A stretch of 64,000 nt of DNA, from contig NC_083403.1 of NCBI RefSeq assembly GCF_020745735.1, positions 121,786,526-121,850,525 on the forward strand, in the 5' to 3' direction. Origin of the DNA: Hemiscyllium ocellatum (Eukaryota). A program made the translations under genes and the position numbers. The notes below the pieces were generated by a model. That model worked only from the letters and a program-made list of their open reading frames with translations. It did no database searches and was not told where the DNA came from. Each line of letters begins with the position of its first letter. Position 1 is the stretch's first letter. Shown piece after piece: positions 25,901-40,480 of the stretch.

Positions 25901-27029
25901 CAACATAAAAATCCTGTTCCAATTTATATTAATATGCTTGCAAATGTCCTGATTGGTGCAAGAAGAAAGCTTTGACAAAATGTGTCTTTTCAGCCAACCT
26001 AACATTTTTTGCAACCAATTAACAAAGAATACCGTTCACTTATTTTCTTTATTTAGGTGTCCTACACTGCTCTCCCCACATCTTCGCTTTGAGCTTTCCC
26101 AAATACCTTCCTTTCCCTTTATGCCTCTTCCTGGGGTTGAATGATTAAATGGTGCATGAATGGTCTGGGTGGAGCAGGTATGCTGGAATTAATAGTCTTT
26201 ACTTGCATGTGTATTTTAAAAAAAAATGTCTGGTACATTATTTCCCGAACATCTGTGTCTCTGCATAACTAAGACTTGAACACAACATAGATATTATAGC
26301 TTACTTAATGAACACAAATGAAATCTTGATATACGTATCAATGAAGCAGTTCAAAATAGTGATGCCTCACTGAGAATCCACATCCACTAAACATCTGGTT
26401 TAATTATCAGAGCAACAGGCTTCCAATCCGTCTCGAGTTTGCCCATTCTACATTCTTCATCAAAGCAGTTGATGTCTTAAATCCATCATTTCATTGCCAT
26501 TAACTCAATAATTAAGTGCATTATTTCACCTAACAGTATTTACTTGCCAAGCTGCTGCAATGTGCAAAGTATTAAACATTTGTTTACATCTTTGTGGGTT
26601 TGCCCGTCTTTCAGTAAAAAGGAAGATTTGCAGTGAAATGATAGACTCTCACAGCCAGGCGGTGATACAAGGCTGTCAGAGAGACATCCAGGCCATTGTA
26701 ACCACCTGTGGTGCCAGCAGGAAAGCAATTCTCGTTTGGAGGTTTATTTTAATTTAATTTGACTTTGCACTGAGAAGGCTGCCCTCAGGTCAAGTCAGGT
26801 TTTCCATTATCCTGTTTTCATTATGTTTGGGAACAAAAGCGATAGCCTTTAACTAAGTTCTGCGTCCTCTTGTCTAACTCCTGGTGCTTTCTTTAGAGGT
26901 GATATCAAGGGCGTAACTCCCTAGAAGGCCAGTAAGCCCCAAGACTACAAGATTGCATGCATTAGCGAGGTCCAAGCCTGATAAGGCGTGGCATGCAAAA
27001 GTATGACAATAAGAGGGCAGAGTTCATGA

Positions 27030-29286
27030 AATACTTATTATATTAGCTGAATATTTATTTGCCACAGCTGCCAGTACATACATTAAAGTTAAAATGTTAA
27101 CACTGATCAGAGAACCACTGTGCTACAAATGTGGCAACACAATTTTATTTATAGTAAGATGTGTCAACATCCAGCATGACAAAATTGTACAAAGTTCACA
27201 ATTTAAAAATGAATCATCACAGCAACTTGTGATTTTACACATTTATAGCAAAATTAAAATGTCAACAAATCCATGCTGTGTTGTACAAAAATAAATCAAA
27301 CTTCAGTTCCACAGAGAGCACAATAAATAGTTTATACAAAATCCTGTCTTAATAAATGAATATCACTTAAATTAACTTAGAAATGAATATGAACAATAAG
27401 TTATTATAAATAAACTCTGACGAATCTGCAATAATCCTTATGAAATGTTAGCATTCTAATATGTGACACGTCTGTGTTCACTATGTCGGAGTCACAGGTA
27501 CGTTTTGATTCGATATTATGTACCAACATTAGATGAGCAGCAGATTTGTGCTTAAAATCCCTTTTCCATTTACATAGGTGAGAACAGTAATAATCCAAAA
27601 GTCAAACTAGCTCTTACTCTATTAAAAGCATTACTATATTGGCATAGAAGCTGCAGACACAATGCAGTGGAAAAAAAGGCGTATGCAGTCAATGAAGAAC
27701 AAAGCCCTAAAAGAGGCTAGGGCAAGTATATATGTATATATATGGCATAAGGTGAAAGACAAGCACCTTGCTTTAGCTCTCAAAAAGGCAATTCTGAACA
27801 TGGCAGCTACAACTAATAGCACAACAGAAAGTGGGCACCGTGCAGGCTCAATGCCGCACAGACCCATAATAATTACAGAATCTTTTTCCCAGCTAGTTAA
27901 GAATTTGTCCATTGGGAAAACTTTGCAAGTTTTGCACAACGACTATGAATAAAGTGCTGCTGGGACTACGTATTCACATTGAACATTGTATCATATTCCT
28001 GTTATGACAGCATTGTACCCAGTAGTTTCCATTATGGCTATTGCCGCAACGGTGGCCACGCAGGCTTCTGTGTTTCATTTTGTTCAGACTCATGCGATTT
28101 GTGTCATGTGACTGATGACAATCAGCAATTGCACACCTTATTACACTGTGGATATAGGACAAGGTAAGTGCAAAGTAGAACTGGCAGGTTTCGAGGGACG
28201 GTGACCCTGTAAGTTCCAGTCAGATGAAATTATTAATAAGGTATAAAACCCATACTTCCTTCTACAGAGACCCATAGTACAGATTAACATGTACTGTAAA
28301 CTTCAAGACAAATTAACTTCACAGAAAGTGTGCTGTGGCATTCAGTGGCCATCCTATGTTCATTGAAGTGCATTGCTGTAAGCATCTTATGGCCTAGAAG
28401 GCTGCTGAAGTCACAGCACCAATCAGTGCAGTATGTAAGTAATCCTCCTGTCAAGTTATCTTGTCTTGGAGCTTAGCCCTGGGCCCTCACTGGGCTACTT
28501 TTTTTTTAGCATGAACCCCACTGCTTTTCTCTTTAACTAGAAGTAATGCAGGACAGTGAGGACATAGGGCTAATTCACCAAACCTTAAACTAAAACAGTC
28601 TTAAAGCTACTCATTATTTCAATCATTGTTCTAAAATCCCCAAAACAATAATTTCATTTGAGTGTCCCTACCTAACTGTAATCCTTTTAAAACTAAAGCG
28701 CATAATATTTTTAAAGCGTTGTTCAAAACTAGAGCATTTTCGCTACCAATCCTTGTCTATTAAACAATATGCACATAAATTCTTTTTTTTTAAATTCTGT
28801 AAAACACAATCTCCCATATGAGACACAAAATCAGAGTATCCAAGTGATAGCGATACATAGTCAGATCATAGCTCACATGCTCCCAAGCTTTCTGTTATCT
28901 GTCAAAGTCAATTTGTTACATTGAATTCTTCCCATTTTTGTAAAGCATTTGAAAGAATTCGTATCCTATTCATTTTTTGTTCCGTCAACCATTCAAGAGT
29001 ATACACTCAAAAAAAAGTGCATACGTTGGCAGCTATAAACATTACATGGCATATTACACTATGTCATCTCATATGAAAACGTACAAAATGTGAATGTTTT
29101 TAAAAACTATATATTAAATGCAATTACTATTTTCAAAGCAGGACATAAAATCATTATGAAGTCTCCTACGCATAACACCTTTTGTAACAGAAATAAAGTT
29201 TTGATATTCAACACTGTCTGGTAAATTAGAGCAGCAAAAACGTGAGGCATCCTAGCAAGATCTCTTTTTAAACCAGAAAGCGGTCC
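27030..29286 (-). other. MYT1L: MYT1L 3' UTR (end approximate)
   Basis: AT-rich, transposon-free stretch after the stop codon. The first minus-strand AATAAA hexamers I found are at 27144-27149 and 27054-27059. Confidence 0.7.
27144..27149 (-). terminator. Candidate polyadenylation signal AATAAA (second candidate at 27054-27059)
   Basis: Plus-strand tttatt. Minus-strand context ctataAATAAAattgtgttgcc, followed by U/GU-rich sequence. Confidence 0.6.
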
Positions 29287-29427
<141 letters not shown>

Positions 29428-30399
29428 CTACACAATAGAAAACAAATGTCAGACATCTTACGAAAAATATCCTTCATGCATCAAGTAAGAGTAGTTTAAA
29501 TGAATGTATCACACACCATTTCATCAGTACCACATAAGTTGTGAAAAGGAAAATCACTTCGTGTAGTTCATACATGCAAGGATGCAGTGAGCCGTAAGGA
29601 CAAATCCTATCACACACACTGCTGGTCAGGTTATCACCTCTTCGCAAATCCAAATAATGTCTCTGCAACTTGCCTTCAAGTTTGGCGGGTGGTCATGAGG
29701 AATGGTGCACCCTATGTGACACCTTTGATTTAGTAACATCAACCAATCTCTAATAAACCTTGCAAAGCAATTTGTAATAATTCTTTAATCCTTTGGCAAT
29801 TAGTTAGTTTTTCAATGAACCTGATTAATTTTCTGAACTGTAAAATGTCATACAAAGTTACACTTCATCCTCACACATGCAATTTTAAGCCACCAGTTTA
29901 TCGATACGTCAATGTGTTTGTGAATCATTTATGTTTGTTAATTCAAGTGCATTATCAAACTGTAGCATATCTATACAGGAAATATCAAGTAAACACTGCA
30001 TGGTAATGGATAGTGAAGCTCCCTAACTCATAAAAGATGAGGAAAAAAAAAGTCGCTTGCAACACTGATTATTTGGATCTATATTTTGTATTGAACAATG
30101 TAAGCCCTGGGAGCATTACCTTTCAAATTTCCATTTTACATTAAGTTAATGTCAGACAAATGATTTCGAACCTGTCCTGGAATTGGGCTTTGACTTTGAC
30201 CCCAGAGAAAAAAAATCCCATGATTGCCACATTATGTTTTAATGTTCCACATCCAAATTAACTTAAGGATTGCACATATTTTTTATAATAAGGTAAAATA
30301 ATCAACTTCTTTTTTAGGTATTCACCCAATAGCGACAAGAGTTTTGCTGTTCAAACTAATATTATTTAGGACTGCCATCAGAAAGTGATTTTTATATTA

Positions 30400-32315
30400 C
30401 TAACAGGGACAAAGGGAACAAATTAGCACAGGCCCTCGAGGAATATAGAAAGTGCAGGGGGAAACTTCAGAAAGCAATTTGTAAAGAAAATAAGACACAT
30501 GAAGAAACATTGGTGCATAAAATTAGGGAGAATCCAAAGATATTGTATAAGTGTGTCAAGGCAAGAGGATAACCAAGGATAGAGTAGGGCCCTTTAGGGA
30601 TCAGGAGCGTAATTTGCACTTGATGCTGGAGGACACTGTTAGGTTGTTAAATGAATACTTCACATCTATCTTCTCCAGAAAGAAGGAGGATTTCGGTACA
30701 GTTTCAGGAAGTGGGTTTCTTCAGCAGTTTGAGATAGGGAGTGAGAAGATATTGGAAGTTTTGGCGGACTTAAAATTGGACCAATCCCTCAGTCTTGATG
30801 AGTGGTACCTCAGACTGCTATTGGAGATGAGGGATGAAATTACAGGGCTTATAATCCAATTTTTTTTAGCTCCTCTCTAGCCACAGGAGAAGTACAGGAA
30901 GACTGGATGACAGCTATTGTGGTTCCACTTTTCAAGAAGGGTGGTAGAGATAAACCAGGGAATTATAGTCTGTGAATCTCACATCATTGGTAGGAAAACA
31001 ATTGAAAAAAATTCTGAAGGAGAGAATTTATTTCCCCTAGGACAGCCATGGTGCAATCAGAGATCATCAACATGGCTTTGTCAGAGAAAGGCTATGCCTA
31101 ACAAATTTTGGATTGAATTTCTCAAGGAAGTGACCAGGTATGTCAATGGTGGTACTGCAGTTGATATAATTTCAATGGATTTCAGCAAATCCTTTGACAA
31201 GGTCCAACAAGGGAGACTGTTAAAGAAGGTTAAAGCACATGGGATTTAGGGTAGCTTGACAGGTTGGATCCAGAGGGTGGTGGCAGAAGGCTGTTTGTGT
31301 GACCGAGGATGGTGCCCAGTGGTGTACCACAGGGCTCGTTGTTGGATGTCTTATACTTTGTGATACCATATAAAGGAGATAGATTAGAATATGGGTGAAC
31401 GATAAGTAAGTTGGTGGATGACATGTAACTTGCCAGATAGTTGACAATGAGAAGTCTTAGGCTCCTGGAGTATATTGGTGGATTGGTGAGAAGGGCAGAT
31501 GGAATTTAATCCTGATAAGTATGAGGTGATACAGACGAAGTAACAAGGCAAAGGGATACTCAGTGAATGGCTCTCTGTCGCTGGGAAGCTCAGAGGAACA
31601 AAGGGATCTTGTGATGTGGTCCACAGATTCTTGAGGTGGCAAGACAGGTTAATATGGTAGTTACAAAGGCATGTGGCATACTTCACTTACCAGCTGGGTC
31701 ATAGATTATAACAGCAGGGAGATTACATTGGGGCTGTGAAAACATTGGTTTGGCTACATCTGGAGTACAGTGTGCAGTTCTGGTCACTGCACTAAAGGAA
31801 GGATGTGATTGCACTGAATGGTGTGTAGAGGACATTCACCAGGATGTTGCTAAAAGTGCAACAGTTTCGCTATTACATAGCTATAAGCTAGAAAGAAAGC
31901 TTGGCTTGTTTTCTTTAGAGAGGTTAAGGCTGAGAGGGGATCTGATTGAGATGGATAGAAATATGAGGGGCATGGTCAGAGTGGATTGAAAGCAGCTAAT
32001 CCCCTTAGTTGAAAGGTCAATAACAAGGAGGCTTAATTTTAACTAAAAGCTTAAAAGGAGAATTTGAGGAAAATTTATTTCATCCAGAAAGTAGTGGTAA
32101 TCTGCAAGACATTGCTGAAGAGAATAGTTAAGTTGGTAAAACTCAACCTTCAAAAAGTACTTGGATGAGCATTTGAAACAGTATAATACTCAACGCTCTG
32201 GGCCAAGCACTGGAAAGTGAGACTAGTGCAGATTTACAGTATTTTTTTTTGTAGTGCAGACTTGATGGGCCGAAGGGCCTCTTTTGTAGGGTACCTTTTA
32301 GTGATTGCATGATTC
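30400..32315 (+). mobile_element. CR1 ORF2 fragment (intron of MYT1L, antisense)
   Basis: LLNEYFTSIF, MDFSKSFDKV..GRLLKKVKAHGI, SGVPQG, LRGDLIEM. Confidence 0.9.
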
Positions 32316-32799
32316 TAACTAGTGTCAGATTGAAACTCCGGTTCCAGAGGCAAAAGGACAGTGCATCGATCTGCTGTACCCTCTGCATAAATTGTAAACC
32401 TTTTACTAGGAATGCCCATCTGTACTCTCCGTTCACTATACTCAACTATTTGACAGGATGAATAAATACAATTGGTCTTCGAGATTATAGTATAATGAAA
32501 TTTATGCAAGATTAGCTTTGAAGTGGATTGAATCTCCTTGATGATCAAAAATATTTGATAAACACAGCTACGTTCATTGGAACATTAATGAAGTAATCTT
32601 TGCATATTCTATTTGGTGTACGCTATTTATTATAAAGAGCATATTATGTCCATTCAGATTGTGGACTTATAATAATGAAACACTATTAAGTACAAATACT
32701 GTACAGCATAATTTATTGGCTTAATCCTTTAACATCTACAGAGTGCTATTTTAAGACAGCCGGGCTCTTAATGTGTAGTCATCAGACCTGAACTCAAAA

Positions 32800-33450
32800 G
32801 GTTATTTTAGATTTCAAAGTAAATGGGGTAAAAACCATGGCAGCTGTGGAGGGCCACAGAAACTTTGGTTTCAGACCATGCAAATCACTGAAAGTATATG
32901 TACAAAAAGTCATCAAAAAGTCTAAGGTGTTGGAAATTAAAGAAGTGACTTTCAGTCGAATAGAACTTTGGTCAAACACAATCTGGAGGATAGCATTTAG
33001 GATTGAGCTCAGGAGGTATAAACTGATTCAGGTTGCACAGCACAGATTTACTGAATTAACACATGGATTGAATTATTAAATTTGAAGAACAGATAGACAA
33101 ATATGTGTTGTGTGGATGTGAATTTATCATATTGAGGGCCTGATGTAACTGAGGTGTCGAAAAGTAAATTAGGAAGTCAATAAGGTAATAAAGGGAAAAT
33201 ATTTCTTTTGGCAGAAAAATCTGGAATATTCTGAAGAGGCCAAAATTTGAAAGTACATTTAAGAATGAAAGCTGGAAGTGAGCGATACACCACAGATTGG
33301 GTAATAAAATCTGCAACTTGTTGCCTCACAAATTTGTGAACATTGTAAATTATAGACGTTGAGATTGATAGATTTTCGTGAGAGCTGCAAGGTCTCTGCA
33401 ACAAAGGTAGTTAAATGGAGTTGAGGTATAAAGCACTCATCGTCTTACTG
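32800..33450 (+). mobile_element. Old CR1 3' fragment
   Basis: SLKVYVQKVIKK, AQHRFTEL. Confidence 0.6.
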
Positions 33451-33749
33451 TAGGGCTGGTCTCTCATTAGAGACAGACAACTGGCGGTGTTTTACCTTGA
33501 GGGTCACCATGCTTCAGGTTGAGAAGGACAGTCCTCCCTGGCAACCTAAGCTGGTGCAGGAATCAAACACATGCTGTTGGCATCATTCTGCACTGTGAAT
33601 TGGTCATCCAGCCAATGAGCTAACTGACTTCCAGTTGCGGTATAGATCAAATGTGATGGTATTGCAGGGCTAGCTTAGTGGACTAATTTTCCTACACATT
33701 TTCCTATGCTTATAGTTGTTATTAAGCCATTGTAATCTTTATAAAGGAA

Positions 33750-34479
33750 GGGTAGAATTTCATAGACATTCATTGGCAACGTTGAAGGGAGGGGTTTGTA
33801 AAACGCAGCATGAATCTTGCCCACTGCCTTTTCCTCTGCTCCAGACAATTTATAGAGGAAAGGGAGGGAGAGGGGGTTAAAAGACGTTGTGACCTGACTG
33901 CCCTTAGGCCACTGACGTGCTTCATCTCACTGAGTTTACTTGCATTAGGAGAAACCCATGCTATTCAGGCTTGGCTGCTCTTACAGAATGGGTTGGTGTT
34001 AGATACGGTGGGGATCTTCCATTGGGAGACCCATCAAAGGTAACGAACATCCCAACCTCTCCACCGCAGATCATACATGCTTTTCAACAACCCCATTGCT
34101 GTCCTTTTGAACCTGACACCCCTCCCAGATTCTTCTCATTGGGCCCTGCCACCTTTAGCATACTCCAAACCCTCTTCTTTGGGGACTGGCTATAGTCCCA
34201 ACATTGGCCACCACTCACACCTGGCCATGCGAGGAGTATAGACCTGTGGCCTGGTCTTGCAAGGAGTATGGACCTGTGGCCAAACTGACTGGCTGGGGGC
34301 TCTCTAAGGCAGGGTTTCCTCCCACTTGGGGATGGAAATCTCGCTCTGGGCAAATCGACTCCCTACTCAGTATCAAAATGGCGGGATGTTTTTATGCATG
34401 GATTGCTGACAGACTATGAAGTTCTAGGAGGAGGATAGCTGTGGTTATGCGGAACATGAAGTCCTGTAAAATCCAGCCC
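33750..34479. mobile_element. Putative non-autonomous DNA transposon (Harbinger-like terminal inverted repeats)
   Basis: Ends GGGTAGAATTT / AAAATCCAGCCC are imperfect inverted repeats; internal ~30-bp tandem duplication at 34220-34280; no clear TSD. Confidence 0.4.
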
Positions 34480-34679
34480 TCTATTATTAGTGCTACCTGG
34501 GTTTTATTTTTATTGTAGTTATGACTGCACATGGTTCACAATTAACTTATGGATTGAACAGAAAACAGAAATAGATAATTCTGAGTGTGCAAGTTGCATA
34601 TGACCATCTTTCCAAATCGGCACAAGTTACCGTCAGCGAAGTAGGGAACATTGACAATGCAATGAGATCACTACTGATC

Positions 34680-35040
34680 TGACAATTCTCAAATCCACTT
34701 TCCTAACCTATCCCCATAAACTTTGATTCCCTATTGATTAAAAATTTGTGTACTTCTGCGTTATGTATATATAACAACTCATCCTCGGTAGCATTCTGTG
34801 GTAAAGAATTCCGCAGATTAAGTCCTCTCTCTGAGGAAGAGATCCTTCACAACCATGTTTTAAATGACTGATCCCTTACTGATGCCCTCTGTTCCCAGAC
34901 TCTCTCACAGAACAAACAACCTCTCACTATCTGTCAAGGCCCTGAAGAATCTTATGTTTCAATAACATTTCATATCCTTCTAAACTTCAATGCTTACAGG
35001 CCTAACTGGCCCAACCTCACCCCATAAGAAACTCCCTCTA
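34680..35040 (-). mobile_element. Old CR1 3' fragment
   Basis: ggtaaagaattcc, ctctgaggaagagatcc CR1 3' motifs. Confidence 0.6.
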
Positions 35041-35209
35041 GAGTCATAGAGATGAGCATTTGAAATGTCAGAGCAGATAAGGCTTGGGCCAAGTGTTAGA
35101 AAATGGGATTAGAACAATTAGATGCTTGATGACCAATGTGGACATGATGGGTAAGGGTATTTTCTGTCCTATAAAAAACCCTCTCTCAATATATGCTTGT
35201 AAGATGTAG

Positions 35210-35500
35210 TTTAAGGGGCAGTTCCTGCAATTCTTTCATAGTTGGTACACACTGATGTTGCTGTACTTCAGGAGTGAATAGAGTGCATGTCGAGGGTGTT
35301 AGATGGGGTGCCAATTAAGCAGGCTGCTTTGTTCTGTTTGGTGTTGACCTTCTTGAGTGTTTGGAGCTGCACTCGTCCAGGCAGCTTCAGAGTATCCCAA
35401 CATACTCCTGACTTGTGCCTTGTAGATGGTGGACAGGCTTTGAGGAGTCATGAGGTAAGTTTTTCATCACAGAAATCTCAGCTTCTGACCTAATCTCACA
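35210..35500 (-). mobile_element. Second LINE family fragment (same family as 40870-42360)
   Basis: LSTIYKAQVRSMLGYS..WTSAAP. Confidence 0.7.
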
Positions 35501-36246
35501 GCACTTCTCTGTTAGTTTCCTTCCAGAAATATTTGGATGGATCAGCTATGAAATTTGATGTGTGGGCAGCTCCAAATAAGCAGACTGCTTACCTTTGGGA
35601 AACTTGATCCTTCCATGCTATTTATGGGTTTATGGGTAGGTGAATTACTCATCAAAAGCAGGAGAAGCAGGGTGGAGGATAATGAACAAGTAGAGACTGA
35701 GTTCCTAATACATTAATGTAATCCTCAAGTGCAACCCAAGCATGGAAACCTGATGGTTTCCTTGCAGCTGAAGCAGATCAGCAGATAGAATCCCTGCATG
35801 GGGGCACTGAAATTTCCATTTATAACACAAGAAAAAAGTCTTCTTGTGGAACCCTCAAGGAAATCTGTGCCTCCCCCCACCTGGATAACCATCTCCAACC
35901 TTGGGAAACTTCCTCAAACTCCTGCTGCTCTTCATCTTGAGTAACAAATGTTTCCATGGCAGCAGACAGCCTTTCTCACTTATTGCTCAAAGGCATCTAA
36001 TTGATTTATGTGAGTGAAAATACACCCAGCGCAGCATTTTGTATTTGTTCCACCCAAATCCTCTTTAAGGATTAAGTCAACCCGATATTCTTGGAAAAGG
36101 ATATTTTCTCTGGCAAGTGCAAACTCTTATGGTGATATTGTAGATTTTAAATAGATTGAACAAGAAATCACTGAAAGATACACCCGAGTAATTCACAGGG
36201 CAGATGATCACAGTTCTGTCATGCCATGGCTTTGACAAATGTATCA

Positions 36247-36471
<225 letters not shown>

Positions 36472-39062
36472 TTACTAATCTTTAAGGTAACACACGCACA
36501 ACATCAATTAGGAACGTAAAGGTAAAACATACAAAACTAGGTACTAATAAAAAGAATACAACAGCAATTATTAATTACTAATCCCTAGAAACACAATTAA
36601 GAATCTATATGTAAAATGTGCAATGCCAATTAATAATCTGAAAAGTAACATACAATACCAATTAAAATACATCAAGATTAATTCTGAAGGACTGAAAATT
36701 AGGGAAAAGTTCTGTACCAAATTCAGAACCAGAGGCCTTGAAATTCTACTGTGTGAAGATTAATGTAGTAAAGCCTTGCACTCTCCTAAATAATTCCTTT
36801 ACTGTGAATCACTTAACATTTTTATTTGAATTATGAATAAAGGAATTGCATGTATTGTTTGTGACAAAAAACAAAAATATTAAATGTTCAGATTTTAATC
36901 TTTGTCCAGTACAATCACAAGGCCAAGGCAAATTGAATTGAATAATCTAGGGGTAATTCATAAATTGTCAACTAGATTTTGTGTTTGGGAGGCCTGTCAT
37001 TTAAAATCTACTCCTCCATAGCTTGGAAATAAGTGTTGGCAATATTAACCCCTCTCTAGGACATTCCTAAATCCACTATTCCATCAGCTGCATTAATCCA
37101 CTTGGAATAAATAGATTAATGCCCTGGTAAGATAATAGACAAAGGAACATCATACTTCCACATTAACTTTGATCTGCTAATATCACCAACAGTAATTTCA
37201 AAGCTTGTGTCTATGCCAGCTTTGTGAAAATCAGGCCATCAGCTTCCCAACATAACTACTTAAAATGAAAAGTGCGTGTCTGTATCTGGAGTCTGATAAT
37301 TGATTCATTGTCCAATGGAAGGGGTTCAATTTCAGACAGTTTAGCACTGGAATCTAATCAATGGCAATTTGGCAGTTGGAGTATCCCATTCATAATTACC
37401 TAATGGATGATGTATCCAATTTGTCTGATAATGCTGATGGGCTGATAATGCTGCATCCAGTCCCAGGTTGTACAAAAATAGTGATACACTTGTTTTTTTA
37501 TCTCTATAAAATATAATAAAGGATGGGGTGGTTGGAGAATTTTACATGTACATTCTTGTTTGTCAGCGGTCTAGGAAGCTGCATACACTGAAGGTTATCC
37601 TATCTACTTAGAAGTTCTTTACTCCTTTTAAGTTCAAAAACCCACCTTTCCTTCTTTTTAGCAGATTTTCTAAATATTGATAAGGATATATATTTGATGC
37701 TGGTTTAGTAATTCACTAAACTGCTGAGTGGTAGTAAGTGGGTTCACATCTGGTGATCTCAGCCAGGTAACTGTGAGAATTGCAGAGCAAAGGCCAGCAG
37801 ATGCTTCCCCACCGGCTCAGACTTATAACGCCATCATGCAAGTCAACCTGGGACACTCCGGAAGAGCTCTGAGTAGCCTGTTACAAAGTGGCAAAGACAG
37901 CAGATCACCTACCCCCCTCTCAGCCAGGGATTGATGCATGGTGTGGGGGACCTAAAGAAGGGAAAATATAAATGAATAAATGCTTTCTATTATAAAGAAT
38001 TCAAGAAATTTACTATAGAGAACTTCATCTGAAGAGCATGTTGAGATTCTTGTTTTGGCTACAACACCTCATACATTTGTTTGACATTAACATGATGGAA
38101 CCATACATTGTGATTGTGAGAGAGTTTGGAGTGAGTTGGGAACCAAATATGTTTGGAGATTATTTCATGAAGGGATGGTGGTAACCACTTGTGCTGATCC
38201 ACAAGGGTACTGTTATTTTGTCTCTTTTATGTCACTGTGAAGCAGCTTCCCCTTTGCAGTGACACTAAAGTGACAAAATTAATGTCAGGCCAGGCTCTGA
38301 TCTGACTCAGGAATGATCATTTCACCAGCGTATAAACTTAATACTTGGGCTTGATAGCATATTAACTTTACTCCAGTGTGGAGTCATTTTGGGTTTTAAA
38401 AGAGCTCAGTGGCACTTTCTGAGCAGCTTTAAAAGGAAACATATGCAATATTTTAAGAAAATTATTGGTCCTAATCACATAGATCAAATTCCAAACAGTG
38501 GAAATTCACTGACTGGGAGCAAAACAACATTCTCAGGCTAGGAGATGCATTCATTGTAACTCAGGCACTGATAGTTGCAAATTACACTCTGCAGTGCCTA
38601 TTTCAGTCTACTAACCAATATTACTACTGGATAGTTCAGTGCCAGCACTGTCACTGGTCTATTTGTGATGGTTGAAGTATAATACACCCCTGTTGGTGTA
38701 TAAAACATTAGGAGTAATGGGCTGCAATAGGTAGGAGCTGAGGCTGGACTTTTAAACCAGATTCCTGGCTCTGCCTCTGGACTGTGCCAATCTTTTAAAA
38801 ATACCGTCTCCTTTCTCTCTGACCAAACAGCAGGACATGGCTCTTGCTAGTTGGGTGCAATGATGGGCTGTGGCTAGGAGGAAATCCAAGAACGTGCCTA
38901 CTTTAGGGTTTGGCAGCAATGAATGGGTTAATGATGAGGAGACCCAGAAAGCTGGATCCAATTTGATTCTTTTATTGCGATGATAATATACAGCACCTTT
39001 ACCAGAAGGGCTGCATGACTTTCTGGGCATGCACACACACTGTGACTTTAAAGACATGCTAC

Positions 39063-39166
39063 CTGGGTTCTAAGTTTGATCATGTCTGCTTCCACTTGAG
39101 AATTAGATTCACTTAATTCCTTAATTTCTTCATCCAGCTGCTTGATTTCTTCATCATTCTCTATCC
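39063..39166 (-). CDS. MYT1L: MYT1L coding exon (104 nt), start of coiled coil
   Basis: ttttattccctag|GG ATA GAG AAT ... AGA ACC CAG|gtagca = (G)[34 protein letters not shown]. Phase 1 in, phase 0 out. Confidence 0.96.
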
Positions 39167-39459
39167 CTAGGGAATAAAAATAAAAGCTAAAAAAAATCAC
39201 AGATAATTGTTGAATTATTTGAGCACAGTTCAGAATTTACATTTTTATTCATTGAGGTATTAACTCCAAATATTATCCATCAAATAAAATGAAAACATCA
39301 ACTTCAGTTTTCTAATTTAATGTTAACATGGCACTGTGTTTATGAGAGAGGTAGTATTGACTGAAACTTTTGAAACTCTAAGCTTTTAGATGGAAATTAT
39401 TGATGAATTCTCTTAAAAACCATAATCTGATTTGTGAATTCTTATTCAGTGTCAGTGTT

Positions 39460-40480
39460 ACTTACACAGGAATGTCGGTCCGGGGAGCAGTAGTAGGTCA
39501 TTCAGTCCTTTGAAGCTGCTCCAGCAATAATGAAATTATGCTGAGCTGTGGTCTCAACTCAACTTTCCTATTTGCCCCTATAACCCTTTCCTTGTCTATC
39601 AAAAATCTAACTGTCTTGAATAAATTCAATGACCATCATCCAATGCATTCTGGGAAAGAGAATTCCCCATATTAACGACTCTTTGAGGCAAAATCAGTGT
39701 CATTATTTCTATATTAAAAAGAGACTTCATTTTAAACCATGTACCCTAATTCTTCTGTCCTCCACAAAATGATACATCATCTATGTTCACCCTTTCAAGT
39801 TCCTTCATATTTGTGTTTTGTGTGGATCATTCAATAAGATTACCTCTCATTCTCCGACACTGCCATGGATATTAGACCTAATCAATTCAAATAGCCAACA
39901 TAATTTGAGCATTACATATGAGTGAACTTTCCCTGAACGCTTTTAATACAACTGTATCATTTTTTTTTCAAAAGGAGACAAAAATTGAATTAGCGCTTCA
40001 GATTAGTCTCACCAGTGGCCTGGCAACTGCTGTAAAATGTTCTTTGTTTTATATTCCATTCCTCTTGCAATAACCTTGGACATTCCATTTGGCTTCCTAA
40101 TCATTTTCTGGGCCAACTATTAACTTTATGTGACTCATGTACCAGTATACCCAGATCCATCTGTGTCAATCTCTTTCCACAAAAGATGTTATACTGCTTT
40201 TCTATTCTTCCTGCCAAAATGGGCAATTTCACATTTGCCCATGTTTTAATCAATCTGCCAAATCTTGTAAACTTACTTTCCTAATTATCTTGATGTAATT
40301 GGCAAATTTAGCTACCGTGCATATGCTTGCCATATCCAAGTTATTGAAACAGATAACTAGTTTAGACCTCTGCACTGATCCCTGTGGCACTTTCTACTTA
40401 CAGCTAGTCAACTCGAAAAGAATGAATTTATCATGGGTCTCAGCTTCTTGAAGGCTAAACAATTCTTTATGAACGCGACT
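39460..40480 (-). mobile_element. Old CR1 3' portion
   Basis: VPQGSVQR remnant, CR1 3' end ggagcagtagtaggtcattcagtcc. Confidence 0.7.

Noticed and set aside
1-26000. Exons or promoter of a neighbouring gene (PXDN follows MYT1L in other vertebrates)
   Set aside because: No CpG island, signal-peptide/LRR exon or other recognisable coding exon found; the region reads as intergenic repeat mosaic. A small exon could have been missed.
27634-28167. ORFs of 62-101 aa on both strands
   Set aside because: They lie in the MYT1L 3' UTR, with no recognisable domain or splice support.
38752-39057. 101-aa minus ORF beginning just after a MYT1L donor, as an alternative C-terminus
   Set aside because: It is out of frame with the exon; in-frame read-through gives only VACL*.
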